Below, in pieces: positions 12,957-24,504 of a stretch of 64,000 nucleotides of DNA (positions within the stretch are counted from its first letter, which is position 1; every line of letters starts with the position of its first letter). The DNA is taken from NCBI RefSeq assembly GCF_041956535.1, contig NW_027192211.1, positions 211,079 to 275,078 on the forward strand, written 5' to 3'. The translations under genes and the position numbers were made by a program. Origin of the DNA: Calcarisporiella thermophila CBS 279.70. Lineage: Eukaryota; Fungi; Calcarisporiellomycota. A model generated the notes under the pieces. The model searched no databases. It was not told the origin of the DNA and saw only the letters and a program-made list of their open reading frames with translations.

Positions 12957-13577
12957 ATGTGGAAATTACTTATCTTCGCTACTCTGCTGACGAACGCATG
13001 CGCTCTCCCCTTTGTCCAGAACATCTTCTCCAACCAGGTGCAAGCTACCATCACAAATTGTGGGGATTCCTCTGACATCCTCAGGTGAGATTCCCTCCCC
13101 CCTGATTATTCTCCTAGCCTCCTCCATCTCCGCAGACCTTGCTAAATCCCCCCCCCCCCAACTCCTTAGACTTGACTATCTGAATTTTATTCCGAATCCA
13201 CCCCTTAAGGGGCAACCGCTTACTTTTGATGGCAAGGGGTTCCTCAAGGAAACGGTCAACCGCGGGGCATACATTGATCTCACCGTGAAGTACGGGCTTA
13301 TTAAGCTTCTGCAGCAGAAGCTGGATCTATGCGATGAAGTGGAGAAGATCGGGATGCAGTGCCCGCTTTCAGAGGGCGAGCATGACGTGGAGCATACAGA
13401 AACTCTGCCGAGAGAAATCCCACCGGTGAGGTTTCCGATCCACATCTTTTCAATTCCCATGGATCTAAGCTAATCTGTTTGTCAATACAGGGCAAATACA
13501 CCGTCAATGCCGTCGTGTACACAGAAGATCATCGGCGTATTGCCTGTATCAACGCAGTTGCGATATTTAAGCCCTAG
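12957..13577 (+). CDS. NPC2: ML-domain sterol/lipid transfer protein (NPC2/PG-PI-TP)
   Basis: Signal peptide MWKLLIFATLL; ITNCGDSSDIL, PNPPLKGQPL, VKYGLIKL, DLCD, CPL, EIPPGKYTV, IACI. Confidence 0.92.
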
Positions 13578-13833
13578 ACTAATCCGTTGAGTTGTTAATT
13601 CATGTGATATCTTTCTCAGACATTTCTACACCTATTTGGATATATTTTCTTTGGCCTCTTCTTTTTTTTTCCTCCTCTTCCTTTACTCTCGTGTATACAG
13701 TTTCAATACAAAGCTTTTGTATGTATAGGCGTAATGAAATCTCTAAAGCGTAGTGGTTTCACCATACCGCTGCCCAGCTTCGGTGCACGCTTGTGTGTAT
13801 GATCGGACTGGCATGCCTCAGCTCTCTCAGCTC

Positions 13834-14799
13834 TTAATTGATGTCCCTAAACTCTCCCTCAATCACCCGTCCGTCGCCCTCCTTTGATCCTCCTCGCCAA
13901 TTCTCGCTCCCACGGGTAGGTTTTAGTGGCACGCTCGCAGTCCTATTACCGTCCCTCACTTTGACCTCCAGCAGTTGTACGTCTTCCCCCTGCACACGAC
14001 CACGGGCAGCTACTATCACCGGGCCCAGTATATATTCCACCCGAATTTCGTGCGTCGAATACGCACCCATCGTGCCCATCATGGTCGCCGTACTTGATGC
14101 TACCGCCACCTCGCTTCCGTCCTCCTTCTCCAAAGTATCGGGTGAGACATCATACCCAACTACGCCACAAACTCCACGTTCGCCCGCTCTGAGAGCGTCC
14201 CGCACGAGCGCAGCAGATTTTGCACATATCTCCTCCACTTTCCCGCTGTCTACGTCTCTACCGAAGAGCGAATCAAAGACACTTGTGGTCGTTGGGTAAG
14301 GACCCTGCCCGCGGGTGGCCATGGTAGAAAATGGCGAGGGTAGGGAACGAAAGAAACGGTAGAAACCGTAGGTAAAGCTGCCACCCAAAAAAAGAAAGAA
14401 CACAGGGTGGTGTAGAAATAAAATCAAAGCACCACTAACAATGGCCAGGGTCACAGGAAGATTACGCTTGATAGCCGCTATGTAGGGTCAAGAATGGTAG
14501 GATAAATTAGGGTGTATAATCATACGCATCACAAATCCGATTATACATTTTACTATTTGTTTGACATCACTATTGTAAAAACGAACTGTAACAAGATTGC
14601 TGGGCAGAGGCCGGCGCACTAGCTCGATCTTGTTTCTTGATTGTAAATCTAATCTTGCTGGGACTAATTGCCGAGAAACTTGAAAATGTCGTATAGAAGG
14701 CTGAAGAAGAGATCGGGAGTGCGGGCCAAGAGCATTGTTTGCTAAAATGACCCGATGTGATCTCAGAAGTATACGATTTGACAATAGGGTGCGGAGCAT
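13834..14799 (-). CDS. Hypothetical protein with mitochondrial-type presequence and TM segments
   Basis: Arg/Leu/Ser-rich N-terminus MLRTLLSNRILLRS; hydrophobic hairpin; ends VIEGEFRDIN; one probable intron ~14490-14550. Confidence 0.6.
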
Positions 14800-15338
14800 G
14801 ATGGTTTAGGAGCTTCGTCCTAATATCTTACAGTCGAGAGTAATTTCCGTGTACACGTTGAGGCGTTGGTAAAACGACTCAGACTAGAGCAAATTGATAT
14901 CGAAATTGGAGAGCGGCTTAATATGGAATAAGAGAATATTAATTCTCGGTAAATCCAAGGCGAAGCAGAAAGGAGAGGAGTTGTCATACCAAGCAAATAT
15001 GATGGCCATCACCCATCTTAGCTATTGACTTGTGTATGGAAGATGACTAACGAGTCGCTTCTATAATAATCTTCTTTGTATTCACCGGGATTTATCAGTT
15101 GAAAGCTTATGGTGCAGATAGATTAGTAAATCTCTCCAGATCTCTTAGCGGTGAAGGGAGAAAACAACGGCAAGGCATTGTGAATATAGATTAGCTTTTT
15201 TACAGGGCAAAGCAGAGAAATAGAGGTATAATAATGAAGGCAATATAATATGAAAATAAAGAAAAATACTATTTTACATAATAATTAAGCAAATTAATTT
15301 ATGAAAGTGTAAGGAAAAAAAAACAGCCTATATTCATT

Positions 15339-18300
15339 TCATTCCCTCTTTATGTCCTCCCCGCTCATTCCCTCACCTTCTCCAGGCCGAAGGATGTCCT
15401 CTTTATGATCATTTTCACTCGTCACCTTATCTTCGCTAAACGTGGGATTGGGCTCTTCAATTACTACGTTAAAAGCTCGATGTACGAGCTCCCGTACCCG
15501 ATCTATAAACAAACGCGTTTCGTCCTCGGGCGCATACAGGTGATGACCAAGCGAATGAAGCATCTTGTCGAGGCGAGTTTCCGATTCGCCACGCCGGTAA
15601 GGAATATTAAAATCAACGCGACTATACATCACAAGTAAATTCCCCTGAAAATATAGTGGTGATGATGCAATTGACTTACTGCTCATAACTACGATATTCT
15701 TTCACCAAGTCCAAAATTTGTTTGAATAGGTCAGCTTCAATTCGATCCATGCGTTCAATCTTCTTCTCGCATGCATATGGTAACCCTATTAAACGATAAG
15801 GTAATGGATGTTAAAAGAGATGGGTGCTTAGCGCGCTTGCTTCCTTCATCATATTTACGAATATGGCCCTCTTCATCCAGCTCGTGGCTGATACTCAAAT
15901 ACTGCACTCGTGATACGCTGGATGGATGATTAACATCGTACGGGCTTATAATGACGCCAATAAAGGGCTCAATGGCATCCTCAGGACGACGGAAGAGTTC
16001 CTGTTGGCCACAAGTAAAGAAATCTTTAGCACTAACCAATCCACAAAGAGAGAGAAAGAGAAAATAAACCTGATAGGTAGATTGGGTCTCTATATCTCGC
16101 ACGCTCGGATCTGGCACAAAAGTTGGATGAGAATGATACCAACCAACCACTCTGATGCCTCTAGCGGCGAACACCTCGCGTGCGTGCATTTCGGAGGCCG
16201 GATCCATCTCGCACTGGATACCGGTGCTCATGCTTCGACAAGGAAATGCTGCGGTGACAGTAAGCTGTCTAACATCTGGATCGTATATCCCTCCTAGAAG
16301 CCCGATTATCTCGGTAGTGGCGAGATGAGCATGGAAATCCATCAGAGCAAGTGACTCGCTATGGATGGTGACGTGGAAAGGGGCAGGGTTTTGGGTGGGG
16401 GAATAGGTGCGAAGTGGTACGAGACGGAAAGGATCATAACCCTCGGGGTGATAGTGATTGGATTCGGCTTTGCGTTTCAAATAGTATTGTGCACGCTTGT
16501 GCCGAGGAATCTTGGTATTAACTGGAATCCAACATGATTAGCGTCGTGTTGATCAAGGCGGGAAAAAAAAAAAAGATGAATAGAATTTTACCTTTGATCT
16601 CTCCATTTGCAAAATACTTTGCATTCTGGGCTGCCAACCGTTCTTGCTCATACATCTCTTCCAGCTCCTCATCCGCTAGATCGCGTTCTTCCGCGTTATG
16701 CGTTATCACACGCCCCTCAAGCTCCTTCGGGTCGACCCATTCGCCGTATTCGTTGCGAACTCGCCTCTTTCTCGGACCTTCCATGACAGTTGACCATCTC
16801 GCCTCTGGGTCATCCTCACCTTCGCCACTATCAATCTCCTCATAGAATGCCTTGGAAACAGCAGAAGCAGGACGTCGCCGCGGTGGTCGAGGAGCGGGTA
16901 CCGTGCATCCAACATTGATAGCGCCAATACGCTCGAGATACGTGTGGACGCGTCCAATGGCATTCACATCGCCGCAATCGCGAAGTCCGGGCCGAATCTT
17001 GGTTTTGGTCAAGTATCTTGGGCGGGATTTCGCCCACATTTGCAGGATGTAATTACGAATCTTTACATAGCGCTCCGGCGTCTTTGGGGGCCGATTGCAG
17101 AACCATTCCGGGTTTGCTCTGCGTTCTTCAGGACTAACGGTGGACAAGTCGATTTTCTGAAAATACATCAATCTTAATGAGAAAACACAGTCATATACTC
17201 ACACCAACTTTGAAGTATACGAACCATATCCATAAATTCGCTCATCTCCTCTTTAAATGTTGTAGTGAAGATATCATCACCGCCATCATCTGGGTACAAT
17301 TCCTTTATGCTCTTCTCCCTAGTCACCAGATGGGATTTTGTTTCTGCCATTATATCTGGAGACTTTGCTGGCTGAACCGCGTCCTTTTTTGGACTATCAG
17401 CAACTGGAGATTCCTCGCGTTTAATGTTAGGCACTGTTATTGTGTTTGATATAGCCGTGGGAGGCTCCTCACCTCCATCGACGTTATCATCATAAGCATT
17501 TTCAATCTTAGTCGACTCTTGCTTAATCTCCATCTGGGGCGAATTGCTCTCTCTAGTATTGCCTACCACAACTTCTTGATTAGCTCTGGATCCCTCCGAG
17601 AGGCCTTGAGTCGTGGTATTCTCTTCATGCTTTCCGGTCAAAAATGCCACAGTTTCCTCGGCAGGTATAGGAATTTGTGCGGGAGTTCCATCATCACTCT
17701 CCATCTCGATGTCAACTTCCTCCTCTTCGTCTTCCTCCTCTTTCACCTCGTCCTGTTTCAAAATAGGCAAAATCACACTCGAATCTTCCTGGGTCCCTTT
17801 CGGATCTCCCTGTTCAGAAACTGTATTTTCAGATAGCGATTGCTTCGGTGGTTGATCTCTTTCTGGGGATGATCCATTCTGCACTTTCGCCTGAACGTGT
17901 TGGGCACTAGATGGTAGGTTTTCCGAAGAGGCCCTGCTGAGGCGCCTGCGCTTAGTACCGCGGGGTTCTTGTGTTGAAATATTGAGAGGCGATTTTGATG
18001 CTACGGCAGGATCAACTGTCTAATGTAATAAAAGGCTATAGCATATTGTATAAAAAAGACAGAGTTCAAATAGTTGCCTTCAAATGTCTCGCATGGTTCT
18101 TGCACTGTAGTGGGTTTCGCGTTCCAACCATTTGCGCAATCGGCTTCCAATTTCCGTAGCCAAATTTCTCCTGTTAGTACAGTGAAAAAAAAAATAAATA
18201 AATCCAAATTTAAACATGATATCTCTAAGAACATTTCTCATTACCAAGGCTTCAAACAATCGAGTGTCCTCTTCTGTGGTCCATCGCATGTTATGACTAG

Positions 18301-18762
18301 GCAAATCCACAGACGATAACTTTTTTCCATCCTCGCCAGTAACGATCTTTTTCCCAGACTTCTTCTCGAGCTTGTCTTTCTTCCTCTGTTTGTCCTGTAC
18401 GATTTTGGCCGATTCACCAGTAACTAAGTAAGCCACGAGTGCATCAACATCAATACACAGTGTGGGAAATCCGAGAAGAAAATAATCCACTCACCGATAG
18501 TGGGCCTCTCTCCAAAATAGTATTCTTCCTCCGCTAACATTTGCTCAATGAGGGCACGCGATTGTGCATCCATGTCAGCATCCATATTGAGCTTTTGCTG
18601 TTGATCTGATACCCAGTCCGGGATAACAAAATGCTCGGCCTCTGTTTTCGAGGAAGATTTATCATTGTCATTACTAGGCGAATAAATTACAGGTAATGGG
18701 ATGGTAGCAGATTCATCTCCGGATTCTTCTATCTCAATTTCTGCTTCTCCTTCTTCTGACAT
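15339..18762 (-). CDS. MYSM1-like deubiquitinase (SANT/Myb + SWIRM + MPN+/JAMM)
   Basis: RWTTEEDTRLFEAL (Myb); KTPERYVKIRNYI...CGDVNAIGRVHTYLERIGAIN (SWIRM); EIIGLLGG...VGWYHSHPTF...PSVRDIETQ (JAMM). Confidence 0.9.
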
Positions 18763-19131
18763 TTTTAACTCGGCTTACGTTAATGGCGAAGCAAGAAGGA
18801 ATGATCCGGTATATATATACAAATTTTAGATGAACATTAGAAAGGCTTTTTGCTCTGATTATCTTGATTTTTCTAATATTTGCTATGTTACTATAGTGGG
18901 CAAAGAGGCGCAGCAATTGAATATTCCATTACAGATTACTACGAGCATTGAATTTAATTAGTGAAATAGGAACAAAGGCATTTAAAACAAAATGAGGATA
19001 TTATGAACAAAAAAAAAAAAAAATAACATATACATATATATATATATAGCTACAAAGATATACTGGATTTATCGTGCTGAATTTTAGTACTTAAGCAAAC
19101 CTCCTAGACAAAACATATATGATTAAATCAG

Positions 19132-20404
19132 CTAATGCTCTGCCATTTGTTCTGTCACCGTCGCATTATAAGAGGCCGTATCCACGCCCGATCTTCCATT
19201 TGCTACAGGCATAAAGATTACTTTAGTTCCCGCATTCCGAGCCATTGCTGACACTGTTTCAAGCGATCTTATTTGCATCGCCGCCGGGGTACTTAGAATA
19301 TCGCTTGCTTTGCGCATCCTATTAAATAAGCGAGTCTAAATTATTCGAAAGTTTAGAACAAGATGAAATAGGTATCCTTTACAGTTTTGCTGCCTCCACT
19401 TCTGCCTGTGCTGCAATCACTTTACTCTCACCAATCCTACATCACAGCATAGGTTGTAAAATTGAGTTATAAGATAGGACATATATTGAGAGCAAAAAAT
19501 GGATTCTGAGTCTATTTATGCTATACCTCTTCTGCTTTGCTGCCGAAGACAGGCTTTCTTGGAGATCAGGACTGAACTGGATATCCTTAACAAGGATAGA
19601 TTCAACCCGCGCACCCCTACAGATAGCAATCGAGATTATTACTAAGAGTCACTAAAGAATAACGGCAATATGCCATTCTCTCCTACCATTGTTTTGCTGC
19701 GTTGTCAATGACCTCGCCAATTTCAAAGGCAATTTGCTCGCGATTCTCCACGAGATCTTGCAGTACGCGTGACCCAACAATGTGTCGGAGAGTAGTCTGA
19801 GTGCGCTCGACAAGTGCTTTGTGGATATTAGAAACACAAAATGTGGCGACAAATGGATCAACAACGTGCCAGTAGAGGACACTGTCGATCTGGATGCTGA
19901 CGTTATCTTTAGTCATGACAGATTGACTGGGAATGTCTCCTAGCTGGATCTATTTTATTTCGAACGTTAGAGAAGGCTATTGAATAATAATAATAATAAA
20001 TACTACCTTAATATCCACTATGCTAAGCTCCTCCGTCAATGGATTGACCTTGCATAAACCAGGATCGACTATTTTATAATAGCGCCCAAAACGCGTTATA
20101 AGTCCCACGTAGCCTTGAGGGATCTCGCGATAGTAGTTCGGAAAACAGGCGCACAACGGAATTGCTCCAAGCGTCCCCAATATAGCCCCAAGTCTATCGA
20201 AGGAATGAAATCAACTATCAGGTGTGTACTAAAATCGAATTGGTGTTTAATATTAGGGAATCACCCATTCATAAATCTCCCGTAAATCCCATGAGGTATT
20301 CTATTCACATCTTCTTCTGTTGCATAAGTGGGTGCAAGAGCATGTGCTGTTGGCTGGCACGTAACAGGAGTAGTATGATCTCGTGGTGTAAAATTAGTAG
20401 TCAT
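19132..20404 (-). CDS. Stomatin/band-7 (SPFH) family protein
   Basis: VGLITRFGRY, MTKDNVSIQIDSVLYW, QTTLRHIVG, AAMQIRSLET; multi-exon. Confidence 0.92.
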
Positions 20405-20719
20405 GGTGGGATAGTTTTCCCGGGCGAATTTTGGGCAATTAAATACTTTTATCCAAAATGAAATCCAAATTCTATATATCGATCCTTGTGAAACCGTCGA
20501 GAAATAGGATGGAAAGAATAATAATATTATTCTTTCGAAGGTAAAATTTTTGAGCATAAAATGCTCAAAATGCAAGTTTCATGAAACACAGAGGAACGAT
20601 ATAAGCATTCCTCCGAGCATTTTAATTCACTAGCATACGCAAATAAGGATGATATCGCCCCTTAACGGAAGCCCATATCTCAAATAGCATCACAAAGTAA
20701 ACGCCAACGTAATTATGAA

Positions 20720-22331
20720 TCATATCAATATGGGTAAAAACTAAAACCATAGAAATGTTCGTTAGCATAATAAATAGCATTTCCGGAAGATGATGATTTA
20801 CATTTCCAACAATAGTGAGGGGAATATTAAATATATCCCTCTTGATGGTGAAGCAAAACCCACAGGGCACGCGTCTTCCGGCTGGGGATAGCAGTACACA
20901 TGTGGTCATGATTGAGCTCTCCGCATCGAATGCATGAAGGGCAAATTTTTCCCAATATTCGACAGCCGATTGATGATCCATTAGCTGGAAAAGAGGAGGG
21001 GGGCAATCAACGTCTTGGAGAGCTCTGATTGTGCATTTTTTTCATCTTTTTCTTTACCTCGTAAATGTACTTTTTCCCAAGCAGCTGCTCTTTTGTCCAC
21101 TGAGTCAACAGACAAAACTCCTTTCCAACAAGCGTAATTTGACCTGTGCGGCGCCAGACGACAGTAGGAGTACCAGAGAAACTCAATAGCTTCTCAAATT
21201 CAAGTAGCATGCGCTGGAACATTTTTTCCATGAATATCAGATCCTCCCCTGTCAGATTCATAATCAGCGTGATGAACGAGGGTCTAAACGCTGAAATGGC
21301 GCGAGTGATTCGCATCAAACTCTCCTTATCCATCCTGCAGAGCCGAAAAATAGAGATTAAACGCGATTGAATGAATACTCATGAACTTATTTCTTTGCGT
21401 CGTATATATATCTATAAACTATTACGTACTTCTCTTCGACGTATTTGATGAGATAATGATATCCCTCCACATAGTTGTGAGGAGTTTTCACCCCATTATA
21501 AACACTCTCGGGGTCCTGCAGTTTGCGCTTCGAGTCACGCCTCTGTGAAAATGCAACGGGGGCGACGGAAGCAGCAACAGAACCCTCTGCAGTAGATGTG
21601 GCGCCTGAGACAGATGTATTAGACGCAGGAGCCCACGACTGTCTCCCGCTAAGCACACTAGCAATTGCACCGGCAATGGTACGTGCATCGGGAGATGTGA
21701 GCATGGAGCTGAGAATCGAATACTCTAAATTAACAGCTTGTGAACCAAATCCTTCAGCGGTTGCGGGAATCCCGAGAAGACTTGTAGGGTCGAGATTCAA
21801 ATCTATGCATTAAATTAGCTATGTACATGTCATGTATGGGACATGTCTGAGTCTTACTAGTTATCAGAGGATGTGTGTGCGTTGGCTTCTCATTAAGGAT
21901 TTGCAAAGGCAGAGCGAATTCAGGGGGTATACTGAGTGAGTTGACGGGTAATGTACTGGAGGTATTTGAGTCTAATGAAGACACTGAAGTAATGAGGGAG
22001 ATGCTGGAAAGTTGGATGCAAACAATATAGCAAACCTTGCACTTCGTCAGTGCCCTGTAAATATTTAGCCTTTTTTCTAAGCCCATCTGTACATGTACTT
22101 GCTAGCTCGCGCCTGACACAACGTTGACAGGGTCTCGCTAAGTATGATAAATAAGTTTGTATATGTCTTACAGTCTTACAAAGCGAAAGGAAATGTATAT
22201 ATCCTATTACAATCATCACAGGTCAGATGCGCTTTTTGGCAGTTTATGCACGCTCTCACACATTTTCTTCTTCTAGACTTTTGCTCCTGCTGGTGGGAAA
22301 TCAACTGTGGGGGAGAGGATGTGGCCGACAT
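20720..22331 (-). CDS. ERT1: Zn2Cys6 gluconeogenesis activator ERT1/AcuK family with PAS-like C-terminus
   Basis: RACINCQKAHLTCDD/RPCQRC...CTDGLRKKAKYL; GSQAVNLEYSILSSML; FRPSFI, GTPTVVWRRTGQI, KRDIFNIP...IVGN/FLPIL. Confidence 0.88.
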
Positions 22332-23058
22332 GGTCAACCACTATGAGATAGAATTTCTCATTCAAATGACGAGAGAAGGGTAGGAAGGGGAGGATGCAAG
22401 AATAAACTAAGAGGCAGAACGCAAGGGGGTCAATAAATGGCTGTGAGGAAGGGAGATTGTCAATTGATTAGAGCGGCAGAGCTTCCGAAGACGCGAGCAA
22501 AATATCTCAATATAATTTGGCTTCACAGCGGTAATTTTTGCAAATTCAACCAAACATCTGGTTTTTAAGAAATTGTGTCAGAGATATCGCAGCCTCCCCT
22601 GGTTGCTTATCTTATAGTAGGCATATAGAGATATTATTATCTCTTAAGGGATTTTGAATCTTAATAATTTTATCTCTGTGACCCCCTCTTTCCCTGGTAC
22701 AGGAACTGATAGCTTCTTCAATTTGCCTATAAAATCTTTCCTCTTTTACACAAGCAAGTATAATATTTCATTTCTCTTCTCATTGTACACTTAACATGGT
22801 CTTGGCAATTCTTTGATATTTCATTCTTCTGAAATCGATTATATAATGCATACATTTATTTGCGCAGCAACCTTCAATCATCCATTTTCCTGCTAATTTC
22901 TGCGGTGGCAATTTGTGACTGCTCGGCGTCAAAGTCGTTCCCTTTTTTCACTTTTTGCCTGCCACTTCATACTCCTCGATTTTTAAATAAAGTCCCCCAC
23001 TTATTTCTTCCTCCTCCTTCTTCTTCTTTCTATCAAATTCATAAAGACAAAAAAAAAA

Positions 23059-24183
23059 ATGCAGCACCAAAATATTGGCAATAAACACCCCGATATCAAG
23101 GAGACTGAAAGCCTCGCGAAAAGGACACCACTCCCTCCAAGTGACGAGGCTGAAGTGATGAACCTCTATTACGGGTCTTCTGATAATGGTTATGCCCTCG
23201 CTCGAAGGAGAGGTATATTGTGAATACACTTGCTTCTCGCAATCAGTTTATCTAACGCAACTTTTTGGTTTGCGTTGAATAGTTCGCAAACTGGTTATGT
23301 GGGAAAACAAGGTTGAGTCGGCAAGTGCTCTCGTGGGATCACTAGGGCTTCTATTTCTTGCGCAGCGGTATTCGCCGCTTGCTCTCATATGCCTTTTAGG
23401 GTTTTGCTTCACTGCTCTTAATCTTATATATGTGAATATATATCGAAGAATTTGGGAAAAAAGCCCATAGTAAGTTGGCATTTTTTATATGAGAAATGAG
23501 GCGAATATTCATTGATTTGGACGTTATAGCGATGAGACAAAGCGTGATGTTGCACTTGATCACTCCCGGGTTGGTAGGTTTGTTTCTCTCTGTGTGGATG
23601 TTGTCAACGTCCTTCTACAGGAGAGCTTGTCTATCATGCTGGTCGAAAACAATAAACGGAGTATCAAGGTAAATCCAGTTACATAAAAGCTTCATCATTG
23701 GTCAATATGCTCAAGAATACGTTGACAACATAGTGGGCTATAACTCTCTATGTATTGTGGCGACTTTCTCTCATTATGCCCACGTATTATCTCCTTGTTG
23801 CTTTTATCACGATTGGGCTCACACTGCCGCGACTCTATTTTGATAATAAGGAACTCGTTGATCAGAATCTGGCACGTGGGCAATCCATTATGCAAGAGCA
23901 ATATAGACGGGCATCGGCAGTAACCCAGGAGAAGACCAGCCAATTGTCCCATCTAGCCGTTGAAAAAGCTAGCCATCTAACTGAAATTGGTCGCGAGCGC
24001 GTCGGCCAACTCTCAACGATAACGGCTCAGAAAGCAGAGCAGTTGGCAGGAGCGGCCCAGGAGAGTGCGGGAAAAATATCGACGACTGCTACTGAGAAAA
24101 CAAACGCAATATCCGAAAAGGTGAAAGGACTGATGCATCGTAACGAGCAGCACGAAGAATTGGACAAGACCAAAGAGGAGTAA
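23059..24183 (+). CDS. Reticulon-domain protein with LEA-like amphipathic C-terminal tail
   Basis: Spliced VRKLVMWENKVESASAL...long hydrophobic hairpins...TLPRLYFDNKELVDQ (reticulon pattern), followed by ~11-residue A/T/E/K/Q periodic tail. Confidence 0.8.
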
Positions 24184-24504
24184 CTTTGAAGTTTAGTACT
24201 AGTGTCTGATTCACAAATCAAAAATGAATTATATTTTTTTGTGTCCTAACTTCGAAATGAAAAACATTACATCTTATCCATGATACTTCTTTTCTAGAAA
24301 CTTATTGTGCTCGTGTAATACATATCTCTATAAGAAGTTTTATGCAAGAGCGTAAAATTAATAAAAACATTAATAACAAAAAATATGTACAATCTAAACA
24401 AGACAAAACATCGGGAAAAAAGTCCAAGTTCGAATAAAAGAAAGCAAACAATATGTGTTAATTAAAAAACTTAAAAAAGAAAGCTTAAGCAGATTAGAGT
24501 ATTA

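Noticed and set aside
13745-13830. tRNA D-arm-like GCGTAGTGGTT and a hairpin considered as SECIS
   Set aside because: No T-arm GTTCRA or cloverleaf; no in-frame UGA in neighbouring genes
19371-19380. GTATCCTTT U12-type donor consensus
   Set aside because: Lies on the strand opposite the stomatin gene, whose actual donor here is an ordinary GTAAAG
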